64,000 nt of DNA from an uncultured Methylomirabilota bacterium (GTDB lineage Bacteria > Methylomirabilota > Methylomirabilia > Methylomirabilales > 2-02-FULL-66-22). The position numbers were made by a program, and so were the translations under genes. Below the pieces are notes generated by a model. The model saw only the letters and a list, made by a program, of their open reading frames with translations, did no database searches and was not told where the DNA came from. Numbering within the stretch: position 1 is the stretch's first letter; every line of letters begins with the position of its first letter. The stretch lies in contig OY970067.1 in NCBI GenBank assembly GCA_963705305.1, forward strand, positions 3,776,001 through 3,840,000, given 5' to 3'. Positions 20,657 through 31,991 of the stretch are shown one piece after another.

Positions 20657-21670
20657 ATGAATACCAATCACACCCCCCGGCGGTTGGGCGGGCGGGGGCC
20701 CGACCTGTTCCCCCTCGGACTGGGCTGCATGGGGATGTCGGACTTTTACGGCCCTGCGGATCGAGCGGAGAGCCTCGCCACCATCCAGGCGTCCCTGGAG
20801 GCGGGGATCACCCTGCTCGACACGGGTGACTTCTACGGCATGGGGCACAATGAGCTGCTGCTGCGGGAGGCCCTCCAGGGCGGGAAGCGGGCGCGAGTCT
20901 TCCTCCAGGTGAAGTTCGGAGCGCAGCGCGATCCCGCGGGGACCTTCCTGGGCTACGATGCCCGGCCGGCGGCGGTGAAGACCGCCCTGGCCTACACGCT
21001 CCGGCGGCTGGGAACGGACTATGTGGACCTATACCAGCCGGCGCGCCTGGACCCGGCCGTTCCCATCGAGGAGACGGTTGGCGCCATTGCCCAGTGCGTG
21101 CAGGCCGGATACGTCCGCCACATCGGCCTCTCCGAGATGGGCGCGGGAACGATCCGCCGCGCGCATGCGGTACATCCTATCACCGCCGTGCAGATCGAAT
21201 ACTCACTCATGAGCCGAAGCCTCGAGAAGGCCATCCTCCCGACCGTGCGCGAGTTGGGCATCGGGATCACCGCCTACGGTGTCCTGTCCCGCGGACTCTT
21301 GAGCGGACCGGGCGCCCCGCCGGGCGCGCAGGATCTTCGCCGCCATTTCCCTCGCTTCCAGGGGGAGAATCTCGAGCGGAACCGGGGCCTGGTCGAGGGC
21401 CTGCGCGGGATCGCAGAGGCCAAGGGCGTCACCATCGCCCAGCTTGCCGTCGCCTGGGTGCTGGCGCAGGGGCGGGACATCCTTCCCCTCATCGGGGCCC
21501 GCACCCGGGCGCAGCTTCGGGAGGCGCTCGGCGCGCTCGAGCTCGTGCTCACCAAAGACGAGCTGGACCTGATCGCCCGGGCCGTGCCTGCCGACAGGGT
21601 GGCAGGCGACCGCTACGGTCCCGCGCAGATGGCCATGCTGGACAGCGAGCGGCCCGGCCCGCAAAGCTAA
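20657..21670 (+). CDS. Aldo/keto reductase
   Basis: LGLGCMGMS, LDTGDFYG, IGLSE, QIEYSL. Confidence 0.95.
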   Translation: MNTNHTPRRLGGRGPDLFPLGLGCMGMSDFYGPADRAESLATIQASLEAGITLLDTGDFYGMGHNELLLREALQGGKRARVFLQVKFGAQRDPAGTFLGYDARPAAVKTALAYTLRRLGTDYVDLYQPARLDPAVPIEETVGAIAQCVQAGYVRHIGLSEMGAGTIRRAHAVHPITAVQIEYSLMSRSLEKAILPTVRELGIGITAYGVLSRGLLSGPGAPPGAQDLRRHFPRFQGENLERNRGLVEGLRGIAEAKGVTIAQLAVAWVLAQGRDILPLIGARTRAQLREALGALELVLTKDELDLIARAVPADRVAGDRYGPAQMAMLDSERPGPQS

Positions 21671-21689
21671 CCTTGAACCAAAAAAGCTC

Positions 21690-21930
21690 TTGAACCGGCA
21701 TGACGCCGAGGAAAGAATTCGAATTTCGAAGTTCGAAATGCGAAATTGAAGAACGACGAGCCTAGCGCAAGACTCGGAATATTCGCACGCAAAGACGCAA
21801 AGGGCGCAAAGGAGAACGGGGATAGGTTCGGATCAGGAGTTCGAAATAGCTGGAGGTTCTTCTTGGCGATCTTGGCGTGAGAACAGGATCGGATCTTTCC
21901 TGGCGCCAGGCGTCAAGGGTCCAAAGGAAA
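21690..21930. repeat. Composite short-repeat tract (TTCGAA(A/T) heptamers plus CGCAAAG/CTTGGCG palindromic modules)
   Basis: Modules shared with 24867-24965, 33729-33850, 37412-37514 and 60135-60235. Confidence 0.65.
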
Positions 21931-22158
21931 AGCGAACAGGAAGGTGGATCACACGACTGCGGACCCCCCTCCGGGCCGTAGGCCCTACCTCCGGGGTGGA
22001 GCCCCTCCGGGGTGGAACCCGGGCCGGAGGCTGACCCCTGACTTCTGATCGCTGACGCCTGACCTCCGCCTATTCATCGGCGCTTGCAGATTGGCGGCGA
22101 TATGTATAGAGTGTAAGGCCTCAGGGGCCGGAGGGAGACCGGGAGAGATAAGCGAGGT

Positions 22159-23403
22159 ATGGCAGAGGCGCTCATCCTCAGCAACGCATTCCTGATCGAT
22201 GGGACCGGGGCAGAGCCGAAAGAAGGCGCCATGGTTGTCGTAGCCGACGGCCTGATCCGGGAGGTGGCGGGACCCGGCGCCAGGCAGCCCGCCGGCCGCC
22301 GCATCGACCTCAAGGGCTTGACGATCATGCCCGGGCTGATCGATGCCCACGTCCACATCGGAAACATCGAGGTCCGGAACCATTTGACAGCGCAGCTCCC
22401 GCCGGCCGTCTATGTCCTGCGGGCCTGCCGGAACCTGGAAGCGGACCTTGATCTGGGTTTCACGACCGTCCGCGATGCGGCCGGACTGGATCCGGGCTTC
22501 CGGACGGCCATCGAACAGGGGCTGATCCGCGGTCCCCGGCTTCTGCTCAGCGTAACGCCGCTGTGCCAGTCGGGCGGCAGCACGCCCGTCCAGGGGTTCG
22601 GTCCGGACCGGCCGATGGCCCGGAATTCCCTGGGGGTGTATCCGGAGATCTGCGACGGACCGGACCAGGTCCGGGCCGCCGCCCGGCGAACGTTGGGCCG
22701 AGGCGCGGACCAGATCAAGGTTTTCGCGGATGGAGAGGTGCTGGCGGCGCAAGCATCCGACCGGGCCAAGCCCGGACAGTGGAAGTTCAGCGTCGAAGAG
22801 CTGCGCGCGGCGACGGAGGTGGCGCGGGCCGCCGGCACGTACGTGATGGCCCATGCCTATGCGCCACAAGCCATCCAGAATTGCGTGGCCGCCGGGGTCA
22901 GATCGGTCGAGCACGGAAACCTGCTGGACGAGGAGACGGCACGGCTGATGGCGGAGGCCGGGACATTCTTCGTACCGACGCTCACCACGTACGATCTCCT
23001 GATCGAGAGAGGGAAGGACTACGGCCTCGACGAATACAGCCTGGAAAAACTGGCTATTGTCGGCGAGTCCGGGCGCCGCGCGGTGGAGTTGGCCTGCCGC
23101 GCCGGGGTGAAGATCGCGTCGGGATCGGATATCGTCGGTCCGGACCAGGCCTTCAAGGGGCGAGAGCTGGCCGTCAAGGCAGAGATCCTGGGCGCCATGG
23201 GGGCGATCGTGTCGGCCACTCGGACGAATGCCGAGCTTCTCAATTGTGGCGACAGGCTGGGAACCGTCGAGCCGGGCAAGCTCGCGGACCTCATTGTGCT
23301 GGATGACAACCCGCTCGCGCACCCCAGTGTCTTCGCCGACGGGGCGGACAGGGTGCGCCTCGTCCTGAAGGAGGGGCATGTCGTAAAGAGGCTACTGGGT
23401 TGA
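22159..23403 (+). CDS. Metal-dependent amidohydrolase (Xaa-Pro dipeptidase-like)
   Basis: PGLIDAHVH, GFTTVRDA, MAHA, VEHG, GSD, GKLADL. Confidence 0.92.
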   Translation: MAEALILSNAFLIDGTGAEPKEGAMVVVADGLIREVAGPGARQPAGRRIDLKGLTIMPGLIDAHVHIGNIEVRNHLTAQLPPAVYVLRACRNLEADLDLGFTTVRDAAGLDPGFRTAIEQGLIRGPRLLLSVTPLCQSGGSTPVQGFGPDRPMARNSLGVYPEICDGPDQVRAAARRTLGRGADQIKVFADGEVLAAQASDRAKPGQWKFSVEELRAATEVARAAGTYVMAHAYAPQAIQNCVAAGVRSVEHGNLLDEETARLMAEAGTFFVPTLTTYDLLIERGKDYGLDEYSLEKLAIVGESGRRAVELACRAGVKIASGSDIVGPDQAFKGRELAVKAEILGAMGAIVSATRTNAELLNCGDRLGTVEPGKLADLIVLDDNPLAHPSVFADGADRVRLVLKEGHVVKRLLG

Positions 23404-23478
23404 GGCGGAAGTCCGCCCGGCAGGATTTGCGGGCGGACGGCTGAAAGCCTGTACCGAACAGGCGAAAGGAGGAGCGAG

Positions 23479-23685
23479 ATGAATGGTACGAGCTGGACTG
23501 TTCGATTTGCCCATGCGAGCTTTGTGGTGTCGGCCGTCTGCCTGGTGGTTGCGGTCATCCTCAAGCTTGCAGGTGCCGAGATCGGGCCCATCTCGGTCCG
23601 GTCCCTGTATGCCGTAGCCATGATTCTGGGGGTGTACAGCGTCGCGTTCTCCCTGTGCGGCCAGGGAAAAACTAGCCAAAAATAG
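23479..23685 (+). CDS. Small membrane protein, hypothetical
   Basis: AAAGGAGGAG RBS; two hydrophobic segments. Confidence 0.6.
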   Translation: MNGTSWTVRFAHASFVVSAVCLVVAVILKLAGAEIGPISVRSLYAVAMILGVYSVAFSLCGQGKTSQK

Positions 23686-23739
23686 GCTCTGACTGCGGAG
23701 CAAGCGACTCGTTCATTTCTTTTCTCGAGGAGGATCACC

Positions 23740-24243
23740 TTGACCGCTACCCGCGCATCCCGACTGCTTTCGTTCTTGATGGCCTGCACCGTTGTGAGCC
23801 TGACTGCTGCGGGGTGCGGTCTGTTCAAGCAGTCGAAAGGCCCTTCTCTTGAGCCGCAGCTGCCGGCGGCTTCGGCACCCGGACCCGCACCAGGAGCGGC
23901 ACCTGGGACTGCACCTCCGCCGAAAGCCGCTCCCGCGCCGCCACCGCCGCCTCCTCCACCGCCTCCGCCGCCCCCGACCCTTCAGGAGCGGGGCGCCAAG
24001 ATCGCCACCGAGGCAAAGTTGAAGGAACTGGTTCAAGGGAAGACCACGATAGAGGAGGTCCGGACGCTGTTCGGGGTGCCGCAGGAGATCGTCCTGTCTC
24101 CCGGGGTCGAGACGTATATCTACTACCGGGACAAGACGTTTGGCTGGTTCTTCCGAACGACGGATCGGGTCGAGATGCTCACCATCCGGTTCGACGCCAA
24201 GGGTCTCTTGAAAGACTTCGAGTACCGCTTCTCTGGAAGATAG
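23740..24243 (+). CDS. Lipoprotein with poly-Pro linker and BamE/SmpA-like domain
   Basis: AAGC lipobox, Pro run, GKTTIEEVRTLFGVP...IRFDAKG. Confidence 0.7.
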   Translation: MTATRASRLLSFLMACTVVSLTAAGCGLFKQSKGPSLEPQLPAASAPGPAPGAAPGTAPPPKAAPAPPPPPPPPPPPPPTLQERGAKIATEAKLKELVQGKTTIEEVRTLFGVPQEIVLSPGVETYIYYRDKTFGWFFRTTDRVEMLTIRFDAKGLLKDFEYRFSGR

Positions 24244-24260
24244 CTCCGATTCTGACACCA

Positions 24261-24301
24261 GAGCCCCCGGAGCCCGGCCATGCAGCCGGGTCCGGGGGCT
24301 C
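24261..24301. terminator. Strong GC hairpin downstream of the lipoprotein gene
   Basis: GAGCCCCCGGAGCCCGGC-CATGCA-GCCGGGTCCGGGGGCTC; no U-tract. Confidence 0.4.
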
Positions 24302-24537
24302 AGTGTGCGCGAAGGCCCATCAAATTCCCCCGCCAGTGTACCAGGACCATCCCGCCCACCATCAGGCCGCCGCCATTCAAGGGTTTTGCTGTCGACGCCT
24401 TCTGACGGAACAAACCGCCCGGCAGCACTCCGAAATCCGCGCTGGGGCCCAGCGGTCCCTCCCGGCATGAGTTGGGGCTTGATCGGCCGCCGCTGTCTTG
24501 GTAAATAAGAGGGACCAGTATGGGAGTGGAGGCTGCC

Positions 24538-24846
24538 ATGAGCCAAGAACCCGTCGAGCCGTTCGAGGTCATCTGCCCCTGCTGCCGTGCCAAGCTGCGG
24601 GTCGATCCGGGGCTCCAGACAGTTCTTTCCCACGAACCGCCCCCCATCGAGCACAGCGTGAAGGACCTCACGGAAGCCTTGAAAGGTCTGAAGGGCGAGG
24701 CGGCGCAGCGCGAGGCCAGATTTCAAGAGTCCATGAAGGCCGAGAAAAGCAAGAAGGATGTGTTGAACAAGAAGTTTCAGGACGCGCTGAAGCGATCCAA
24801 GGACGAGCCGGTGACGCGGCCTGTCCGGGACATCGATCTGGATTAG
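24538..24846 (+). CDS. Small hypothetical protein with CPCC zinc-ribbon-like motif and coiled coil
   Basis: FEVICPCC; GGAGG RBS. Confidence 0.75.
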   Translation: MSQEPVEPFEVICPCCRAKLRVDPGLQTVLSHEPPPIEHSVKDLTEALKGLKGEAAQREARFQESMKAEKSKKDVLNKKFQDALKRSKDEPVTRPVRDIDLD

Positions 24847-25154
24847 CCTCAGGCAGAAAGGACTGCCTAACTGCCATGACGCCAAGATCGCCCTTTTCAA
24901 TCTCCAAATTCGAACTTTGTATTCGAATTTTCTCCTTGGCGGCTTGGCGGTGAGATATCCTTAGGAGTGGGGTTATGGGGATGGGCGCCCGCTTGGCGCC
25001 CATCCGCGAGGGCGCTTCCAGGAGAGGTGCCGCGGGCGCCCTGGTGGCTGTGACTGATGCGGTGATATCCGGCGCCTCCATCGGGCGATGATTTCCCAGG
25101 GGCCTTGCGAACGCGTCGGTCGAATCCAGGACCCATCGGGGTGGGGGGTCCGTC

Positions 25155-28100
25155 ATGGCTATCAGTGTCGGCATTGATGTCGGCGCGGTCAGCGTGAAGG
25201 CGGCGGTGCTGGGCGATGGCCCGCACCGGGACGAGTTGGATCGCCTGGCCGCGGACGGCGGGTTCACCTGGTGTTCCGCCGCTCGCCCTCTCTTGATCTC
25301 CCGCTATCGCCATTCCCTCGGAGACCCCCTGGGTGCCGCCGAAGCCCTGGTGTCGGTCGTGCAGAAGTTCGTCCGCGACGTCCATTGGGATCGAATTCTG
25401 GTCACAGGCTCCGGGGCGCGCCTCCTCGAAGAGCGGTGGGGGTTGGAGCACATCAACGATTTCAAGGCCATCGCGGCCGCCACCGCGTTCCTGCATCCCG
25501 AGGTGGTCACCGTCTTCGAGATGGGCGGGGAGTCGTCGAAATTTCTCCGCCTGGAGACCGATCCGGTCGCGGGCCGGGCAAGTATCCTCGACTACGAGTC
25601 GAACGGGGACTGCGCAGCGGGGACCGGATCGTTCATCGAGCAGCAGGCCACGCGCCTCCGGTATGACATCGAAGAGGTCGGACAGGTGGCGTGCTGCGCC
25701 GGGTCCGCCGCCCGGATCGCTGGCCGATGCTCGGTTTTCGCCAAGTCCGATATGATCCACGCCCAGCAGAAGGGGTACGAGCCGCCTCAAATCCTGCGGG
25801 GGTTGTGCGATGCGGTGGCGCGGAATTTCAAGGGCAGCATCACCAAGGGCAAGCTGGCCGAGCCGCCCGTGGCCTTCATCGGAGGCCTGGCCAAGAACGC
25901 GGGGGTGGTCCAGGCGCTGCGGGAGGTGTTCCGACTTGACGAGCGGCAACTCTTCGTGCCGGAGGCGTATGCCTGGTTCGGGGCCATCGGGGCGGCGCTG
26001 TTGCGCGACGAAGTGGGCGCTCGGCGGGGAAGAGGCCCGGTCGTCGCCGGGTCCGATGCCGTGGCCGGGCGCGACAGCGGCGGCCTGGCGACGGCCCGGC
26101 CCCTGAGTCTGGAGCACGTTCTCCTGCTGCGGGATCGGGTGCGCCCCTACCAGCTGCCCCAGGACGGCGAAGCGGAGGAGGCCTACCTGGGGATCGACGT
26201 CGGCTCCGTGAGCACGAACCTGGTGGTGCTCACCGGTGCCGGAGAGGTCATGCACGAGATCTACGTCCGGACCGACGGGCGGCCCATCGAAGTGGTGCGC
26301 GCCGGCCTCCAGACCATCGTCCGGGCGCTGGGCGATCGGATCCGGATCCGCGGGGTCGGCGCCACCGGATCGGGCCGCGAGCTGATCGGCGAGCTGGTCG
26401 GCGCCGACACGGTCAACGACGAGATCACGGCCCACAAGACCGGGGCCATGCACGTGAGCCGGACGCTCGTCGGCGAGGCGGTGGACACGATCTTCGAGAT
26501 TGGCGGGCAGGATGCCAAATTCATCGCCATCGAGAACGGCGTGGTCGTGGATTTCGCCATGAATGAGGCCTGCGCCGCCGGGACGGGCTCCTTCCTAGAA
26601 GAGCAGGCGGAGCGGCTGGGGATCTCCATCAAGGAGGAGTTCTCGCGCCTGGCCTTTCAGTCGCGGCAGCCCATCCACCTGGGCGAGCGCTGCACGGTCT
26701 TCATGGAGCAGGATGTCAACGCCTGGCAGCAGCGGGGCGCGTCCCGGGAAGACCTGGTGGCGGGCCTGGCCTACTCGGTGGCCCTGAACTATCTCAACCG
26801 GGTGGTCCGCGGGCGGCGGATCGGCAACGTGATCTACTTCCAGGGCGGGACGGCTTACAACGACGCGGTGGCGGCGGCCTTTGCAGGCATCCTGGGAAAG
26901 CGGATCGTGGTTCCGCCGCACAACGGGGTGGTGGGCGCCATCGGGATGGCGCTGATGGCCAGGGAGAAGGTGGCGGGCACCGGACGTCCCACCCAGTTCC
27001 GCGGGTTCGATCTGGACAGCGTACACTATACGCTACGCGAGTTCGTGTGCAAGGCGTGCTCCAACCTCTGCGACATGCAGGAGTTCACCGTCGAGGGGGC
27101 CAAGACCTACTGGGGCGACAAGTGCAGCGACAAGTTCCGCCGCCGATTCTCGCACGGAGCGGCGCCCCGTCGTTCCGGACCTGATCAAGCTGCGCCGGGA
27201 ATGCCTGCTGGCCGGCTACGAGGGGCCGCGAACTTCAGGGCCTCGGGTGGGCATTCCGCAGGCCATGCTCTTCCACGACCGCTTTCCCTTTTGGCGGGCC
27301 TTTCTCGAGGAGCTGGGCTGTGCCGTGGTGCTCTCCGACGAGACCAATCGCGCCATCGGGCACGCCGGGATCGACCTCACCGTGGCGGAGCCGTGTTACC
27401 CGATCCGGGTGGCCCACGGCCACGTCCAGAACCTGCTGGACAAGGGCGTGGACTGGGTGTTGATCCCCAACGTGATCAATGCAGAGTGGCGCCCGGACAC
27501 CGTCGAGACCCAGATGTGTCCATGGGCCCAGACCCTGCCGTTCGTTGTGCAGAGCGTGCCGCGGCTGGCGGAGGTCCGGGACCGGATTCTCTGTCCCACT
27601 GTCCATTTTCGCCTGGGCGAGGCGCACGTGGCCCGCGAGCTGACCCCCCTGGGGCGCCGGCTGGGGGCGGGTCCCACGCGCACGCGCCGGGCCGCCGCAC
27701 GGGCCTTCGAGGCGCAGCGGGTCTTCCGGGCTGCGGTTGAGGCGGCGGGCGGCGAGGCCCTGGCTCGCCTCCAGGAAACCGGCGAGCCGGGCATCGTGCT
27801 GGTGGGCCGCTCCTACAACATCTATGATCGGGCCGTGAACCTAGACATTCCCGGCAAGCTCCGGGACTATTACGGCATCAACGTGCTTCCGCTGGACTGC
27901 CTGCCGCTCGGCGACGAGAACATCCGGGACGTCAACGACAACATGTACTGGCACTCCGGCTGGCGCATTCTGGCCGCCGGCAAGCTGACGGCGCGCTGGC
28001 CCAATCTGCATATCATCCACCTCACCAATTTCAAGTGCGGCCCCGACTCGTACATCAAGCACTTCCTGGCGGAGGCCTGCGGCAAGCCGTTCCTCGGCCT

Positions 28101-28206
28101 CCAGTTCGACGGCCACAGCAACGATGCCGGCGCCCTGACGCGTTGCGAGGCCTATCTGGACAGCAAGGGGATGCTGCGATGGTGGCCCATGCCCGCGGGG
28201 GCCTGA
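25155..28206 (+). CDS. Acyl-CoA dehydratase activase (two BadF/BadG/BcrA/BcrD ATPase domains plus DUF2229-like domain), split by a +1 frameshift near 27144
   Basis: GIDVG x2, CAAGTGSF x2, CSVF/CTVF; reading continues in the 27247 frame as TERRPVVPDL...VGIPQAM, FKCGPDS. Confidence 0.85.
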
Positions 28207-29480
28207 TGGACCGGCGGCTGTACCTCTCCCGGATGAGCGACTGCGGCACCGAGGCATTGGCGGCGGCGTTCCGCTCGGCCGGCATCGCGGCGGAGGTTCT
28301 GCCCTCTCCCGATGCCCGCACTCTGGAATTGGGGGCGCGCTACCTGGCGGGCGAGGAGTGCCTGCCGGCGAAGATCACGCTGGGGGATTACCTGAAGGTG
28401 GTCGAGGCCCCGGGATTCCGGCCCGAGCAGACGGCATTCGCGATGCCCACCACCGAGGGACCCTGTCGGTTCGGACAATATGCCCCCTACATCCGCAAGG
28501 TCCTGCGCGATCTGGGTTATCCCCAGGTCCTGGTCATGTCGCCCACCTGCGGGGATGGTTATCAACAGGTGGGGGGGGCCGGCCCGGAGCTCGTCCGGAC
28601 GGCTTGGCGGGCGGTGGTGGCATCGGACATCCTGCGGAAGCTCCTTCTGCGAACGCGACCGTATGAGCGCCATGCAGGGGATGCCGATGCGGCCTACGAG
28701 GCCTCATTGCGCGAGCTGTGCGGCGTTTTGGAGATTCCGGGCCTGCACCATCGCGAACGGCTGGAGCGGCTGGTAGAGGTTCTGACCGGGATCCGCGATC
28801 GCGTTCGCGCCGTGCCGGCCGCCTACCGGCGGGACCGGCTCCTCATCGGGATTCAGGGGGAGATCTTCTGCCGGATGGAGGAGTTCAGCAATGACCGGCT
28901 CATCCGGCGTCTGGAGGCCTGCGGGGCCGAGGCCTGGCTCTCGGATATCGGGGAGTGGGTCTGGTACTGCAACAACGACCAGGAGCGCATGCTGCGGCGC
29001 GACGGCCGCCGCATCTCTTTTTCCATGCTGGCGGCCAGGCTGCGCGACCACATCCAGCGATCCGACGAGGAGGCCCTCCGGCGCCCCTTTGAGGAGGACT
29101 TCCGGGGCTACGAAGACCCCGGGGACATCGGTGAGGTTCTGCGGGCCGGAGATCGGTACCTCCCCCAGTCCGGCGCAGGAGGCGAGATGGTGATCTCGGC
29201 CGGGAAGGTGGATTATTTCTTCCGCAAGGGCGTGGACGGCATCATCGACATCAGTCCCTTCTCCTGCATGAATGGGATCGTCTCCGAGGCGCTGTACCCG
29301 CGCCAGAGCCAGGAGCATGCCGGTCTCCCCGTCAAGAACTTCTACTTCGACGGGACCGGCGTGGACATCACCGACCAGCTGGAGATCTTCCTCGAGATGG
29401 CCGCCGCCTACCGGCAGCGCAAGCCCCACCCCCGCCGGTATCCTGCCTGTTTCGCAGGACCACTGACCACTGACCGCTGA
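28206..29480 (+). CDS. CoA-activase-associated protein (second component)
   Basis: GEECLP, GPCRFGQY, GEIFCR, PFSCMNG; translationally coupled. Confidence 0.85.
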   Translation: MDRRLYLSRMSDCGTEALAAAFRSAGIAAEVLPSPDARTLELGARYLAGEECLPAKITLGDYLKVVEAPGFRPEQTAFAMPTTEGPCRFGQYAPYIRKVLRDLGYPQVLVMSPTCGDGYQQVGGAGPELVRTAWRAVVASDILRKLLLRTRPYERHAGDADAAYEASLRELCGVLEIPGLHHRERLERLVEVLTGIRDRVRAVPAAYRRDRLLIGIQGEIFCRMEEFSNDRLIRRLEACGAEAWLSDIGEWVWYCNNDQERMLRRDGRRISFSMLAARLRDHIQRSDEEALRRPFEEDFRGYEDPGDIGEVLRAGDRYLPQSGAGGEMVISAGKVDYFFRKGVDGIIDISPFSCMNGIVSEALYPRQSQEHAGLPVKNFYFDGTGVDITDQLEIFLEMAAAYRQRKPHPRRYPACFAGPLTTDR

Positions 29481-29714
29481 CGACTGCTTTCTGCCTACTG
29501 ACCTCTGATCGCAGCCCTTTGCCCTGTGCCCCATGCCATCTGCCTCGTGGATATGCCACTCTTGGCGTGCCCTGCGGTGGAGCAGTGCGTGTTGGATGCA
29601 GATGTCCGCGGCCGGATAATCACGGGCAAATCAGTTTGACACCCGCCAGCCTTGCTGAGTACAGTCTCCCCGCCACGCGGGTCAGTCGGCACCAGGTTTG
29701 GTCGTGGCAGGACG

Positions 29715-31557
29715 ATGAGAGACGATCCGGGGTCCCGATCGGCGGCGACACCCACGGGTGAGGACGCTGTGTGGTTCTCAGCGGGAGTACAGCGCGGGCG
29801 GGGAGGGATATCGAGGCCAAGCCGGGTCGGGACACTGATCGTTCCTCTGGTCGCGGCCGTGGTGGTGGCGGTTCTGTTCTTCTTCCGGCCCGTAATCTTC
29901 CAGGCGCTGGAGTTGAAGATGCTGGACGAGCACTTCCGCCTTCGGGGTCCTCGGCCCCCGGCGGTGCCGGTGCGCGTTGTTGCCGTCGACGACGCCAGCC
30001 TGGAGAAGGTGGGGCGCTGGCCCTGGCCGCGGACGACCCTGGCCAGGCTGCTGTCCATTCTGGCCGGCGCACATGCCCGAGCAGTCGGCGTGGACGTGAT
30101 CCTGTCAGAGCCAGAGCAAAGCCCCGAGCAGCGCGTGGCGGATGAACTGTTGCAGCGCATTCAGAGCCAGGGACTCTCCGGACAGGGTGGTGCGGTCGGC
30201 CGCATTATGCATGAGCTTCGGGCCATCCGAGACCGGGCCGATCCGGATCGAGCACTGGCCGGAGCGATCGAGCAGGGACCGTTCGTTCTGGCCACCTTCT
30301 TTTCGTTGGAGCGGGGAAGGACGCAGGGCAGGGAGGTGTCGGCTCCGCTGCCGAAGTTCGGCTTCATCCGGTTGCACGGAGAAGGACAGCCATCCATGCT
30401 TCTTCCCGTGGCCACGGGGGTGACGGAGCCGCTGCCCGATTTCATCGAGGCTGCCCAGAGCCTGGGCCACGTGAACATCGTGCCTGACCCCGACGGCACC
30501 GTGCGCCGGGAGGCGCCGGCGATCCGCTTCCGCGGGCACTACTATCCTTCGCTGGCGCTGCAGGTGGTGCGGGTGGCGCTCGGGCTGCCGGTTGATCAGA
30601 TGCTGCTGGATTTCGGGGGCGACGTGCAGTTGGGCTCAAGGACAATCCCCCTCGACGTTCGAGGGAAGGATGCTGCTGAACTTCCTCGGGCCGGATCGGA
30701 GCTTTCCACGATATTCGGCGGCCGGTGTGCTGAGCGGCGCGATACCTCCCGAAACATTCCAGAATGCGATTGTCTTCATCGGGGCCACGGCCGCGGGCAT
30801 CTATGATCTTCGGGTCACGCCGTTCTCACCGGTCTTTCCGGGGGTGGAAATCCACGCCACCATCGCGGAGAATATCCTGGGCCGGAAGTTCTTGCAGCGG
30901 CCGGCATGGGTGGATGTGACGGTCTTCCTGCTTATCCTCCTGCTGCCATTCGTCCTGGCGCGGATCTTGGTTCGGCTCCGGCCGCTCAGCGGAGGAATTC
31001 TGGCGGCCGGCATCCTGTTGATTCTGTTCGGCGTTGCGCAGATTCTTTTCGTTGCGGGAGGCACGTGGCTTCCCGTCTTTTACCCCATGCTGGTCGCGGC
31101 CGCCACCTATGTTCCCATCACGGTCCATCGTGCCCTGACGGAAGAGCGGCAGCGCCTCTTCATCAGGCGGGCCTTCCAGCAATACGTCCCCGAGCGGGTG
31201 GTCTCCCGGATTGCGGACGACCCTGCGATGCTCCGGTTCGGGGGCGAGCGGAGGGAGTTGACCGTGCTGTTCTCCGACATCCGGTCCTTCACGACCTATT
31301 CGGAGGAGCACCCGCCTGAAACGGTGGTGGAGAACCTTCGTGAATACCAGCTCCAGATGATTGCGGATGCACTGGCGGCGTGGCTGGTGGGGCAGACCCG
31401 GAGAGCGAACTGCAGAATGCGGCGTGATATGGAGGTCACCCCGGATTCCGCAAGAGCCGCAACCTATCCGAATTTCGCCACGCGGCTTTGGAGCGATATG
31501 ATGAACGGACGCTCCTCCCCCCATCCAGGCATGGGGAATCATCGAAGCGGGGATTGA
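29715..31557 (+). pseudogene. CHASE2-domain adenylate/guanylate cyclase, frameshifted near 30666 and truncated near 31350
   Basis: GRWPWPR, DPDGTVRR, PGVEIHA, ELTVLFSDIRSFT; the KYIGDA half of the cyclase is missing. Confidence 0.8.
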
Positions 31558-31991
31558 TAGAGGTCAGGCGGGGACTCAATAAGAGCTCGTGGGCCTCGGG
31601 AACAGCGCGGGATTTGGATGGCGCGAGATTGGCCTCCGGATCCCGCAGTTTTTTTGCTCGGCACCGGCTTTCGGCCTCTGCCTCTTCTTGGATGGGTGCC
31701 GCAACCCGGTCGGATCCTACCGCCGCTCAAAGGCGAATGCGGGAATTGGCCGGGGAATTCAGAGAAATGGCCCGCCCGAGCGCTCCGGAGGAATCCGAAG
31801 CTGCGGCTGGACGAAACCGCCGCTTTTTGTTAGGCTGATGCGGGGGAAAACCCCGCCCGATTCACTCCAGAGACGCGGCCGGGTGGCGCGCGGAGGATTT
31901 CGGACCTGCCCGCCGAGCGAGGCCGGGGCGTAGGTCGGTTCGATCTGGATTCTGTGGCGGTGCCCGCACGGGCCCGCGAAGGACATGCACC

